A stretch of DNA of 64,000 nucleotides from Psammoneis japonica. Taxonomy: Eukaryota. Positions 10,210 through 22,406 of the stretch are shown here, piece by piece (the stretch's first letter is position 1; every line of letters begins with the position of its first letter). The position numbers and the translations under genes are program-made. The notes under the pieces were generated by a model. The model ran no database searches. It was given only the letters and a program-made list of their open reading frames with translations, and was not told the origin of the DNA. The stretch spans positions 310,001 to 374,000 of the forward strand of contig QPGO01000059.1 of assembly GCA_008632985.1 (NCBI GenBank), read 5' to 3'.

Positions 10210-11625
10210 ATGGCCACTCATATTTGCTGTGCAACGTTCTTTCAAGAAGGTGATTATTCGGGAATCTACGATGGTAGTCCTCTGCTTCGGTGTGGAAGAT
10301 GCAAAGCTACATGGTATGTGGACAGGGATGCTCAAAAGAGTGTTTGGAAAGCTCATAAGCATCTTTGCAAAGAGCTTACCAAAAATGACAGGCAACGCAT
10401 TGATCAGCTTTCCCTGGCAGAATCTGCTGAGCTCCTACGACGCTCTGTTGATGGGACCACCACGTTCGGCAGGCATGATGCGGTTTATCTGATGAAGCAC
10501 GTTCGCAAAATGTTTGATGAAAACGCACCTGACCCCGAAGACGTGGAGCTATCCATCCATACCACCGGTCGCAGTCTGATTTTTCGTCCGTCGTTGTACA
10601 TGAGGATGTATCAGCAACCGGGTTTCACAGACTATGTCCTTACGGACAACCAGGAAGACCTCCTCAACGACAAGACTCGCTTTCTCAAGAATCACCTTTC
10701 TCGGTACAACGGAAGGCCGGCTGATGAATATGTGGAACATTTGATTAGCAATCAAGACGAAAAGAAGCGTGTTGTGGCTGCTGTTGAAGAATACGATGAA
10801 ATGGAGGAGGCGCAATTATCTACCTTTGATTCTCCGTCCTCCATGAAGTACTGCTATCTGTACTTCAACTTACTAGTCGCCACGGCAGTCCAGTCACCTC
10901 CAAGCGCGTCTTCAGTCCATGACGGCTGTGGTACATTGCGTTTGGGAGCACCACGAGGATCCATATCCCGTCTGGCGGTACTAGCTCTTCGACGTGCAAT
11001 GCGGCTTTGGACGGAACCGTTCGTTCGTTCTTCGTGCGGCGACGCCATGGCTCCAGCAGCTAGTTTGGCTCTCACGGCACTTGAGACCTTTGGTGAAGGA
11101 CGAACTGAACTCGATCAGCATCGGGAGTCTGTGGATGAGTTGGCTCCAGGTTTGAAAATTGATTCCACAGTCAAGGCGTGCTTGTCGGAGCTGAGCGAAC
11201 ACGCTGCCAGCTCGCATTTCTCGAGGCGGGTTCTCGACCATATTGCCAATGTGCGTAGCAACACCTGGGATTATCTTGAAGCAGAACGGCGTGCTGCGGT
11301 TCTGTTGGCGATGATTGCGTTTCTTATGGACTCGGGTGATGCTGCTGAAGGAGATGGCGACAGCTTTCAATGCTTGTTGTCGCTGAACAGAATGCTGAGT
11401 GCAGTTTGCGGAAAGGACGAAATTCGCGACAGTGTTTGGAAAGTTGCCTCTGAAAGCGAGTTGCTCGGTCCTGAACCCGCCGGTCACAATGGATACAGTC
11501 GAGCTGTTGTTCATTACTGGATCCGCAAAGATGTGGATGACTATGGGATGAGTGATTGGAATGATGCTTCCGATATCGAGAAGGAAGAATGTTTGGCGTT
11601 GGCAAATAGCCCAATGATGCAGTAA
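10210..11625 (+). CDS. Protein with N-terminal degenerate MYND-type zinc finger
   Basis: LLRCGRCKATWY..DAQKSVWKAHKHLC in an intact 471-aa ORF. Confidence 0.8.
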   Translation: MATHICCATFFQEGDYSGIYDGSPLLRCGRCKATWYVDRDAQKSVWKAHKHLCKELTKNDRQRIDQLSLAESAELLRRSVDGTTTFGRHDAVYLMKHVRKMFDENAPDPEDVELSIHTTGRSLIFRPSLYMRMYQQPGFTDYVLTDNQEDLLNDKTRFLKNHLSRYNGRPADEYVEHLISNQDEKKRVVAAVEEYDEMEEAQLSTFDSPSSMKYCYLYFNLLVATAVQSPPSASSVHDGCGTLRLGAPRGSISRLAVLALRRAMRLWTEPFVRSSCGDAMAPAASLALTALETFGEGRTELDQHRESVDELAPGLKIDSTVKACLSELSEHAASSHFSRRVLDHIANVRSNTWDYLEAERRAAVLLAMIAFLMDSGDAAEGDGDSFQCLLSLNRMLSAVCGKDEIRDSVWKVASESELLGPEPAGHNGYSRAVVHYWIRKDVDDYGMSDWNDASDIEKEECLALANSPMMQ

Positions 11626-12037
11626 CGCCTTGTTGTAACACTTTCGCTGCACTGGACAAGGGGGTGAAATGCCATTCACCCGCAAAAGGGACGCGACCTC
11701 GAATGGTGGAAGTACATCACACTATGTAGAATGTCAAATTTTGATCGTGTGCTGGCGATTTCAGGTACAAGTACATACCAATTCTAGTCAAAAGCTATGT
11801 ATGAAATGGAACTGTCAACTGCGTTTTCAAAACTAAGGGATCTAACCATAACAGGAACGGCTTACACTGCGATTCGGTGGAACGAACCCGTTCTGTGCTT
11901 TTTGTCGTCTACGGTATCTAGAAGCCTCTGATAGTTCGATCAGCAGATGCATCGTGAAGCGCGGGCAGGCTTTACGTCCCCTATCACCAGCTTGCTACTA
12001 TGAATCCCCCCCCGAATCATTGCTTAGGCCTAGCTCG

Positions 12038-12936
12038 CTACATATCGAACACGTGCTTGCTCTCCAAGAAGATCTCGACCTTCTCTTGAGAAGCCGTGTG
12101 AAAACGAATCATGGTTCGTTTGCGACAGCAGGGAGGCTCGTTTGGTGCTTTGAAAGACACATGGGCCATGGCAACATCGACCGCAGGGAAAAAACCCTCT
12201 ATGGAACAAGTACCGTCAGTAAACACCAGAAAAAGCATCCGAAGAAACCGCTCAGCAGAAACTTCGACAGATACCCCACAGGGATCGGCTAGATAGCTTG
12301 GAAGAATGCCATATTCCACTTCTTTACTGACCATCTTGTGCACACGTTGGCAAAGCTGGCAAAGATTCTTGCCCGTGACACGATCAAACGAAAGTTGGAC
12401 CGAAGGATTACGACGGCGCTTGCGATCATTCTGGTCATTTGGAAAGTCGGGCGTCAGTCTAAATTCGCCCTTTTCAATGAGCAGCCGTCGAGCCTGCTTC
12501 ATATCCAATTCCTTGGTAACACCGTTAGCTCGAAAGAAGGGCGTCTCCCTTGTCCCCGGACAATCTTGTCTACGTTCACAATTACTGCCATGGAAGCAGC
12601 GGCACGATACCATCCAGAGCGCTTCCTCAATGGCATCGTTACGGCAGGTCAGTACCTCAGACCAACCGCGACGCGCATCGGCCCGAAACCACGATGTCAG
12701 ATCGTATCGATCAAACGCAATGGGAAGCCAAGTTTGTATTGCATCATTCGCAGAGAAGCCGCTTTGAAATCCTTACAAACAAACGTAGCGTCATAGCCTG
12801 TTCCTCGAACGGGATGAACGAGACGACATTGTCTAGAACCTTTTCGGCCTGGATCCAGACGTTCGACTGTTGTGGCAATGTACTCGCAGTCACATCGCCC
12901 CCTTTCGTCGTGTATCCAATACCACGCTTCATCAAG
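12038..12936 (-). pseudogene. F-box-like gene remnant (frameshifted, with stop)
   Basis: VLDNVVSFIPFEEQAMTLR plus a 1-bp shift near 12780 to VCKDFK gives an F-box-like motif; a further break precedes the 12038-12613 frame. Confidence 0.4.
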
Positions 12937-13003
12937 GCGCGCAAGTAGCTGCACATGTGGTACCGACTGCAAATTGATGATTCATCAGGGCTTGGCGATA
13001 TGT

Positions 13004-13933
13004 TCAACTTTCAATGCAAACGTGTTCAACCGTTATTCGACAAAGATCGAGAGTAGTCGAGAGGCACAAACTTTCTATATGTGGGTACTCCAGAAAGTCC
13101 AGTTGATTTTCCATTCTCTGAAAATCAGCATCCGTAAGGTGCCGATAGAAAGGAGACCCACGATGAGGTGATCCATAAAGCCAAGGTACAGTCTCAGCAT
13201 TATCGAAAATTCTTGGGCAGTTTGTGCACAAGTCATCAACATCTCCTCCTGGCTCATCTTACAATAGTGTCATTATCTGACATGCCTCTGTATCTATGAC
13301 GTGCACCGTTAGCCGAAAGGTGGAATCCAAGTTGTGCTAATGTCATTGTACAGCCTTTTCCAAGTGACACAGTCATTGGCTTTACATAAAGCATCGATCC
13401 AACAGCATACATCATCATCCAAGTCTGGCAACTCAAAAGATTGCCCAATTCTCATACCAATTGTCATACCATTCATCATCTACGGTGAGATTGTCGAAAG
13501 TCTCGAAATAAGAATTCTTTTCCCACTTCAGAAATCCGCAAGAATTGGGATACTTCCATAGTCGAACAATAAACACCAGCGCATCCACATCTTTTTGTGC
13601 GTTTTGTTGTGAAGTGCGTTGCCAAGGAATAACAACACGTTCGTTCCAGCTTCTTAGGTGGAAGTTTCCACCGGTTCTTAAAAGACTTTAAATCTTCTTG
13701 TAGGACAAAGACGAGCTAGAATCGTCATCAGTTCGCTTTTGAAAAGCTTCCACAAGGCGGTCTCCTTCTGGAAAGTCGGCGTGCAAATGCGTCTTAAACA
13801 CGCTGTTGGAGTGCGTATTCAAGAGGCAACAGAAGCCTTATTGACTGACGCAATGTAAACGAAGCGTATCGTTCCCAGACAAGAAGGAGACAATCTGTAG
13901 AGTCACGTCAGTATTTTGAAAAAGATTATCCAT
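13004..13933 (-). pseudogene. F-box-like pseudogene
   Basis: ATG at 13933 gives MDNLFQNTDVTLQIVSFLSGNDTLRLHCVSQ*, followed by protein-like frames with several in-frame stops and shifts. Confidence 0.45.
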
Positions 13934-14190
13934 CGTTCGCCTTTAACGGTAGAAGTTGTTTCATATTGTTGTTACCAGTTCCGCATCCACCGAAGATATC
14001 TTTACTGTACTGCCGGTTTCACAATTAGACTATCGTGCTCTCCAGAATTTTTGGCTTCAGTAAGTAGACGCTCTCTCTCTACAGTGCTGTACGTCCAGAG
14101 AGCTATGATACTACTAGAGTAGACTCTAATAGAGACTAGAGCTAGAGTGATGTACTGGTACGCTTGGCTGGATACTCTCTATAACTCTCT

Positions 14191-17100
14191 CTATTGAAGC
14201 GCAAACACATTATCGGGAGCATGATACTTGATATCGAGTCGTTGTCCACCGAATGGTAATCCGTCCGTTCGCGTTACGTCAAAGATGATCCCTTGGCGTT
14301 GGTAACTGACGTACATGTGAAGCTTGTCGGGAGAAAATGCGAGACCTGTCGTCTCTCCGCTTAGGTCGCTTTGGCTGGACAAGCGAGAGGAGAAACAGCA
14401 ATGTGAGTGATTGTGGAAAACATCACCCTCTCCAGCAGGCCTTCCTTTGCCTTACCCTGAGTTTTCCAGAATCGTAAAGAAGTTGCCATTCGAATCCCGA
14501 CCATGGACACCATTGTTCAGCTCCCCGCCATCCTCGCAAAAGTACAAAATGTCCTCTCCGTTGTCTCCTATAATGCTAGCGATCTGATCAGGTTGGTTAT
14601 TAAACGCCCCTGTGTTGGTCGAATGGCTGGAATACCTCATGGTATCGAGGTTGAGAATATGAAGCAGCTTTGGGTCTTTGCAGGTAATGTAAAGAATCCC
14701 ATTGCGACTATCAATGCCCTCCGAGTTCTCATAGTAGGCCTTTGCATTCGTCTCGGCCGCCGAAAAGTCATCCGTCCAACTGAAGTTACCCAAAGAGCCA
14801 TCAGCGGGAGCGTTGGGGCCATCAGGTTGAAGAATAAGAAACTCTCTCTTGGCTGTAAAGGTGTCATTCTTATGCAACAACTCCGTGTTGTTTCCAGATG
14901 AGAGAGCGTCAGCCACGGCTTGGACGTCAGGAGTGAATTTTACCACGGGCCCATATGAGCGATCGGTGGTCACGTAAAATGTAGGATTGCTGGTATCTCT
15001 ATTGTCGTAAGCAACAGATTCAAAATCATCACCGACTGGACCGCCGAGAAGTGTTTTTCTGGGGGGGACATTGCCCCATGGATCAACCTCATAAACTTGG
15101 CCTCCATCTGTTTCCTCGCACGATAGCCATGCATTCCAAAACATTTTTCCTAAAGGGAGTCGGTGGGCAAAAGGGAGTTAGAACGCAGTTCTCACCACCT
15201 AACGAATTTCGTTTTCCGTGAAAACTTACCGCCCCCGCAATTTCTACGAGTGTCACCCTCGGGGATGAGCATCTTATAATCGACCACGTTACCGCCGGAA
15301 TCAAAGACAAGAGCGCCAACACCACCGTAATCCATACTCTCCGCGTTGGAAACGTACATCCATCCTCCCGTACTCGGGTCAGCAAAGACAGCCGCCCCAT
15401 CAGGATTGCGATGGAACTCTTCAGTTGAAAGTTGTCCATTTGCGAGCTGCACATATTCTCTCTTCGTCGCAATGATTCTCGCCGTCAACCCCTTTGAGAG
15501 CAGCAGACCGTTTTCGACTGTTCCGGCTTCGCCAGGCACATAAGTTGCAGTGACTGGTTCTGTTGGTGCCGCCGAGGTCGTTGGTTGGAAAGTTGGTGCA
15601 CTAGTGGTGGGGCTCGGGGTGCCACACGATATGACTTGATTTCTATTCCGGGAACCTTTAGTATTTTCCGCGCACTCTGCCATGTAAAGTCGCTGTATGC
15701 GCAACCAATGCCTCCAAGCTGCAACGAAAGCCCGGAGGCGAATCCCATCTCTCTCGTACCCCAATGTCTGTAGATTCCATGCCAATTGGCAGCGCCTCTG
15801 CAGCTGTAAAGGTTCCGCCATACGACAAGAATTGAAGAACTACACCCCTAGAGTCGACCAAAGCAATGCCATGTCCGCCATTGTATCCGTCAAAAATTGG
15901 CCCACCATCCAAATGGCAAAATGAAAATCCATCAACTGTGTCTTGCAACGTGCAACTAGAGAGAGAATCTGTGCGGTACTCGAGTTGGTTACTACCTTTG
16001 TAGAACTCGAGGGAGTAAGAAGAAATATCCAGTCCTGCGGTAAAGGCAATCTCCACAAACTCATTCACATCCTCGCCTAAAACATGCACGAGGTCACGAT
16101 GGATTCATCAGTTGACTTATTCAATAAGGTCCAGTACAAGGACACACACAGATGTTTCTTGAACAGAGCAAGGTCGTAACTCACCGGCATTATCATGATG
16201 AAACTCGTTGATAAAAGCGGTCTTGATAGAAAAGGCGAAACAAAAGCATCTTAGCTGATATGTGAAGGTATCGAACGTTGACAAACGGACAGCGTGAATC
16301 CTTAACTCACCTCTTCTAGTGGCGGGGGTACAATAGTGCTAGTAGGTTGCGGGGTTACCGCTGCAACTGTGGCTGTGGAGTAGATGGGGTGGGAGCAGGG
16401 ATGTTGATACGATCGCATGATATTTCTTGATTGGCATTCAGGGAACCTTTGGTATTTTCCAATGCACTCTGCCATGTGAAGTCATTGTATATGCAACCAG
16501 TGCCTCCGAGCTGCAACGAAAGCCCCGGATCCGCATCCCATCTCTCTCGTACCCCAATGTCTGTAGATTCCATGCCGATGGCAGCGCCCTCTGCAGCTGT
16601 AAAGGTTCCGCCATACGACAAAAACTGAAGAACTGCCCCTGAAGGATCAACCAAAGCAATGCCATGTCCGCCATTGTATCCGTCGTAAATTGGCCCACCA
16701 TCCAAATGGCAAAATGAAAATCCATTAATTGTGTCCTGCAATGTGCAATTAGAGAGAGAATCTGTGCGGTACTCGAGTTGGTTACTAGCTTTGTAGAACT
16801 CGAGGGAGTAAGAAGAAATATCCAGTCCAGCGGTGAATGTAACCTCCACAAATTCATCAATATCCGCCCCTACCAGATATGCACGAGGTCGAAATGGATT
16901 CGTTAGTTCACATAATCATTAAGGCCCATTGCAAGGACGAAAAAGTTGTTTCTTGAACAGGGCAAGGTTTTAACGCACCAGCATTATCATGATGAAACTC
17001 GTTGATAAACGCTATAGGCTGTTGAAGCGATTCATGAAACGAGCGAATTCATTAAAAAATTAGAAAACATCGATTTTGCAACATCACAGGCAATGCAAGG

Positions 17101-19550
17101 CTTACCCCTTCTTGTGGCGGTGATGGTGTTGGTGGCGGCGTCGGTGCTGGCGGGCTACCCCAGGTTGTTTCATACACGAGAGGGCACCCCTCTTCACCAT
17201 ATGTTACTCCATGTTGATCAATCTGGAATGTGACACTGCTGTCAGCCGGGTTTCGTACGACCGAGACTAACAATGGCGGAGCATTGAACCCATCATCCAC
17301 CGAAGTCTCGACCAGGTAGTCAAGGCCATCGTCGGGACGAGTTACGCAAAATCGGTGCGAGTCCCCATGCAAGTAGAGCACGGGCAAGTAGGGGTAGGAT
17401 GCTTTCAACAGATTTATCAACGGTGTCCCAAAATACTGCTCCCTTGAGACCCCAAGAGAAGCATGCGCAAAAATCACAACCGCCGCAAGTGGTTCCGTTG
17501 CATGTATCGAAAGTTGCGCTTCAACCCATAAATAGTTCTGCCAAACCCGGCTTCCCTACAAATCGCAATGGATGACAAAAATGAGAGGTTGAGTTCAATT
17601 CCGAAAAAGGCAAAAAGTGGCACGAAAAGATGAGTAACGTACTTCGTCACCCCAACCCTCCGCTGGCCCACCAACGTTGTTAACTCCGACGAACAAGACA
17701 GAGTCCTGGACGAAGGCAAAATTCTCCAAGCGTTCGAACATGTTAGAACCAAACGTTCGATTCACGCCCTCCTGTCGATTCACTGTAACTCCCGACGTCA
17801 GCTCACCAAATCCATATGGATTACCCGGGCCAAAATGTTGCATATACCAACTCCAAGCTTGATCGGGATCGGCGCAATCAACCCATTCGTTGTCACCAAC
17901 AACAAATAGAACGTTGCTTGCATTATAGGAGATGCTATTATTTGGGTGCGTGAAGATGTCGCCAATGTCACTGTACGTTGTAGCTGCGCATGGTGTAGAC
18001 CCTACTCCGCCACCCTTGCGAATGTCACCCAGGTGAATAACAAAGGAGGCGGAGTCAGGGGACGTCAGGTCAAGACCTCTCAGTGCAGAGTTGAGACAGT
18101 ATCTCTCGTCGGTTGAATACGGAATGTCTCCCATCGCATAGAAGCTGATCAGGACTTCTGGAGTTACCGAGGGAGGAAAGGAGGGTATGTTCGAAAGACT
18201 ACACCCGGGCGTGGCCGGAGGTTGGGGTGGTGGTGTTGGCTGCGGGGTGGGAGAAGGCGTTGGACTTAATGTCGGGGTTTTGGAGGGAGACTCGCTTGGG
18301 GAGGTTGTAGGCGCTTGTGAAAAGCCGTTTGTTGGAGAATCCGACGGTGAATCAGACGGAGCATCCGATGGAGTATGCGAGGGGCTAATAGTTGGATTCG
18401 GAGTATGCGCATTAGTTCCGGCATCTGTCGGCGTGGAAGTACCTTCGGCTGATGCTGTCGGGGAAGAACTCGCAGCCGATGGAGAATCCGACGGAGCGTC
18501 CGACTGAGCATGCGTGGGGCTACTAGCTGGATTTGAAGTCTGTGTGGTAGTTCCAGCATCTGTTGGCGCGGAACTTCCTCCAGCGGATGGTGGGGAAGAA
18601 CTCGCAGCCGATGGAGAACCCGACGGAGAATCCGACGGAGCATGCGTGGGGCTGCTAGTTGGATTCGAAGTCTGTGTGGTAGTTCCAATATCTGTCGGCG
18701 CGGAACTCCCTCCAGATGTTGGGGAAGAACTCGCAGCCGATGGAGAATCCGACGGAGGATCCGACGGAGCATGCGTGGGACTACTAGTTGGATTCGGGGT
18801 CTGCGCGGTAGTTTCAGCATCTGTCGGCGTAACCGACGGAGCAACAGATGGAGCATCCGACGGGATACTAGTTGGATTCGAAGTCGGCGATTCGGAAGGA
18901 ATTTGACTTGGTGATTGCGATGGACTGTCGGTGGAAGGAGAAGGATCCTGCGAGATCAGCCCCTGGAAACGAACTTCGTCAATATAAATCCTATCGTCAT
19001 TGCGTGACGCATCGCATCGGAAACGGATTCTCGCTTGAGATGTTGGAGTGAACAAGTCACTAAAGTCTACGGAACTGTAAGTGAACTCGCCGCTTTCAAA
19101 CTCGAATCCAGTGTTGTACTCCTTCACTACGGTCCAGCTCGACCCACCATCGGACGAGAACTCGAGAAAAAAGTCTTCCCATCTCTCCATACTTCGAGCG
19201 TAGAACCAGAACTGGACTCGAAGATCAGAAAAGCCTGACACATCATGATCATCCTTATGAAAAACGGACGATTGAGCTCCCGAGTTGTCTCGAATACGCA
19301 GAGATCCTTGACCTTGGTAAGCATACTGTGCTTCGTTTCCTCCAGACCATTTGGCATCACTACCACCTGACTCGAAGTTACCGAAACCGTTCTCAAAGGT
19401 ATCATAGGTGATATCCATCCAATTCTCTACTTCTAGCTGACGTTTTGTTGAAGGTGAGCTATTCTCGCGCTTCCATTGAAACATCGAAAAAGCCCTGCCA
19501 AAAGCCGAAAATGAGAGTGTCGCAACAAAAACAAGTCGCAGATTCTTCAT
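14191..19550 (-). CDS. Large secreted multi-domain phosphatase: signal peptide, beta-sandwich domain, P/S/T linker, calcineurin-like metallophosphoesterase, two lamin-tail-like domains, PhoX/DUF839-like domain; exons 19550-17643, 17555-17106, 17018-16979, 16869-16311, 16221-16185, 16076-15230, 15149-14456, 14374-14191
   Basis: All seven introns are GT-AG and phase-compatible. Metallophosphoesterase motifs GDIPY, HLGD, GDNEW, HGDSH. FINEFHHDNAG.D..EFVE twice. PhoX-like NPDGA, NCGGG, WLSCEE, FESVA, PDQI, CEDG, ETTGLAFSPD. Needs three 1-bp corrections (~16371, ~15732, ~15668). Confidence 0.8.
15620..17018 (-). repeat. Intragenic tandem duplication of the lamin-tail-like module (micro-exon + intron + exon)
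   Basis: About 16420-17018 aligns with about 15620-16221, including similar introns 16870-16978 and 16077-16184. Confidence 0.9.
18330..18900 (-). repeat. Coding tandem repeats (~130 bp) making a mucin-like PSDSPSAASSSP/PT linker
   Basis: ggggaagaactcgcagccgatggagaa recurs at 18460, 18592 and 18721. Confidence 0.9.
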
Positions 19551-22301
19551 CTTATCGAACTGTTTCTGTCACCGAGCACGGAGATTTGGAGTTGGGGCAG
19601 GGAATGCGTTCTGGCTCGTTGACGAATTTAAACTGAGCTGTTTCGTCTTAAACTCCCAGCGAAAGAATGAGCACCCACATCGAATGCATTGTTACGTTTT
19701 TCTAGCTTTTGTGAACTGGTCGTGAAATCCTTGGCCCATGATGTTCACCGCACTTAATGAAAGAAAAGACTCCAAACGCGTAGTGCCTCAGTAATGCCTT
19801 CTGATATATGTCATCGATAAGTCATGCGAGGAAAGGTTCTTTATGAAGGTCTTTCATGAATCTTGGATCATCGATGTCATACAGTAGGGCCCTAGCTAGA
19901 GGACTTTGTTAGCCTAGAGACATAATTGCAGTGACCCGCGGGATCGAAAAAATGACTCCAAACGCGCGAGACAGTTATGTAGTGAACTGAATCATCTCTG
20001 TTCGCTCTCCCTGTGCGTGATGCTGCCAGATAAAGTGGGGCCGTCGAGAGCACTTGTGCGTGAACGCCAAGCTACGACATTCACGAGAAATGCCTTTGAA
20101 GAAGGTCGGGACCGTTGGTTCATCGCAGTTGCATCACGAGGGATGTTTAGACTGGCGTGGTTGCACGGGCCATTTCAGCCACCACTCTTGCCCCGTGTTG
20201 ACAACACCTCTCCTCTGATGTGCGTGCATTGCCTGACATGCCAGACATTGTCCAAGCTGTGCAGGAAGGGTTCTTGTCCTTTGTCTTGCTTTGTTGTGGG
20301 ACACCCTCAACGCAAAAGTGCAAACTGTCAAAAAAAAAGAAGAAAAAGACATTGATCTGCTGAGCTTGGAAAATTGGGCTTGCAAAAGAGCAGAAAGTTG
20401 CAGCCACACAGGTGAAAGTGGAGACATGGCAGAGCATGCCACTTCATCAGTCAAAGATGTCATGCTCATGTGAGTGCTCAATGAAGGCTTGAAATGCACT
20501 TGGCCACAATTGCCCTGCTTTTGCTGAAAAACATGGGCTGAAGTGCTGTCTTGTGTCGCTGATCATTTTTGCAGACTGGCCATGCATTCTTTGGCCATTT
20601 TGAAAATTGTTTGCATCATGTTGTGCCAAAGAAAATGGGGTTGAGTGCCAATGTGCCAGTGCTGCTTGAGCTGGTCTTCACACTGCTGCTGCTGGCTTTG
20701 ATGAGGCAGTGCAGCCAGTGCACGTTTGTCATGTGAAGCCTGCTGATTGTGATGTTGCAAGAGAGCACACCTGCCCACCTGCAAGACAGGGCTCAGTCAA
20801 AACCACTGAGTGCACACACTGGCTTCATGAAGAAACACACTGTTCTGCAGTGCTGGCCACATTTGAGTGGAGCTGTCCCCATTTGAGCAGAGCAGAAGAT
20901 GGGCACATTTTGCTCCTGAGTTTCCTGTTGGGGTGGCAACAACCTCACGTGCAAGCAAGCAAGAGCCCTGCTGCCAGTGCAGGCCTTGACCTTGAGATGT
21001 GCGCAGGAAGCAAGCAAGTTTCCATGGCAGCCATGGACAGAAAGGGGGGAGCAAAATGTGGTGAAATCCCAACAGCATGCATCCCATGGAGGCTGCTGTG
21101 TCTGGGATGTCACATCAGGATGCAATGCTGTGACAACCAACAAAATCTCAAACAGCAAGGTCCTTGTCAAGGCCCAGAGGGCAGTCATGGAGGTAAAGAA
21201 AATTTGGAGGCTGTGGAAGTCATGGCAGCCATGGCAATGGCAGCAGATGCAATGGCGTCAATGGAGGTGGCCAAAGAGGCCACAGCAACAGCTGCAAAAT
21301 CACAACAAATCTCAAAGCAAAACCATCAAAAGGCAGCCAGCATTGCCATGTGGCAGCCAAAGCTAAAATTCTTGTGTTGGTGATGCCAGCTGCTCTTCTG
21401 ACACTTGAAGACAGAGCCAGGCTGCTGATGATGCAGACGAGTGACAGTGTGGCAGCCCAGGCTGGAATGGCTCCTCATGGCAAAACGCGCCACTTTGATT
21501 GGATCACAAACAGATGGTGTCCTTGACGCAGTTGATCACAAGAAACAGAGAGTGCCTTAAAGCCAGGTGCTGCCACCAGGAAATTTTTTTGTTTTGTGTT
21601 GAAAAAATTTGAGCTCTGGACAAATTGATGACAACACGTGATTTGATCATCCTGTTGCTTTGACCCATCCCTGAAGAGAAGTGCTCACACACATGAAAAC
21701 CAAGCTGTGGCATTTGTGAGTCATGCCTCTTTTTGAAGAATGTCAGGACCAGCATCTCAGCTGTTGCATTGTTGCAAGACTTGCTGAGAGTGGCATGATT
21801 GCAGCAACCCAAGGAAAGTTGTTGTTGGCATGATTTCTTAAAAAAGAAATGCAGCTCCAGCACTTGACAGTCACCCTTGCGTGCAAATTGTGCCAAGCAG
21901 GGGGGCACAGCAAAAGCCCATTTGCTGCTTTCATTTTTCTTTGGTGTTTTCATGGTTGTGCCATCCCTTCATGAACTTTCCCTTGATCCACAGCAGGCCA
22001 GACTTTTGATCATCTCCCAACATGTTCCAGCTGTGTGCAAGCCAGAGTGTGTGCTGAAAAATGACACACCCGCAGGATGTGAGCCAAATTTTCCCATGCT
22101 CAACAATGCTGGCATGCATGGCCACAAAACCTGCTGTGTTTTTTGTGCAGCACTTTGTGGTTGTTGTTGCAAAGCCAACAAAAAATCCTGCACAAACAGA
22201 AATGACAATTTTGACTCAAAAACATTGTGCCAAATGACACATTTCCTGACATCACTCTGTGCATGATGACCCCTTCTTTGTGTGAGCTAATTTGCCTGGT
22301 G

Positions 22302-22406
22302 GTGTGTCAGATGTGTCAATGAGGGGGTGAAGCAATGTGCTGCAGCAATGGCAGAGGTGGCAGTCCTGGAAGGATGTCATGCAAAAATCATGTGCACCAG
22401 TGTTGC
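22302..22406 (+). pseudogene. PHD-finger-like relic
   Basis: VCQMCQ*GGEAMCCSNG...SCKNHVHQCC; the TGA is compatible with CGA>TGA. Confidence 0.4.

Noticed and set aside
18330..18900. Regularly spaced repeats resembling a CRISPR array
   Set aside because: The intervening sequences are homologous to each other and in frame within a Pro/Ser/Thr linker.
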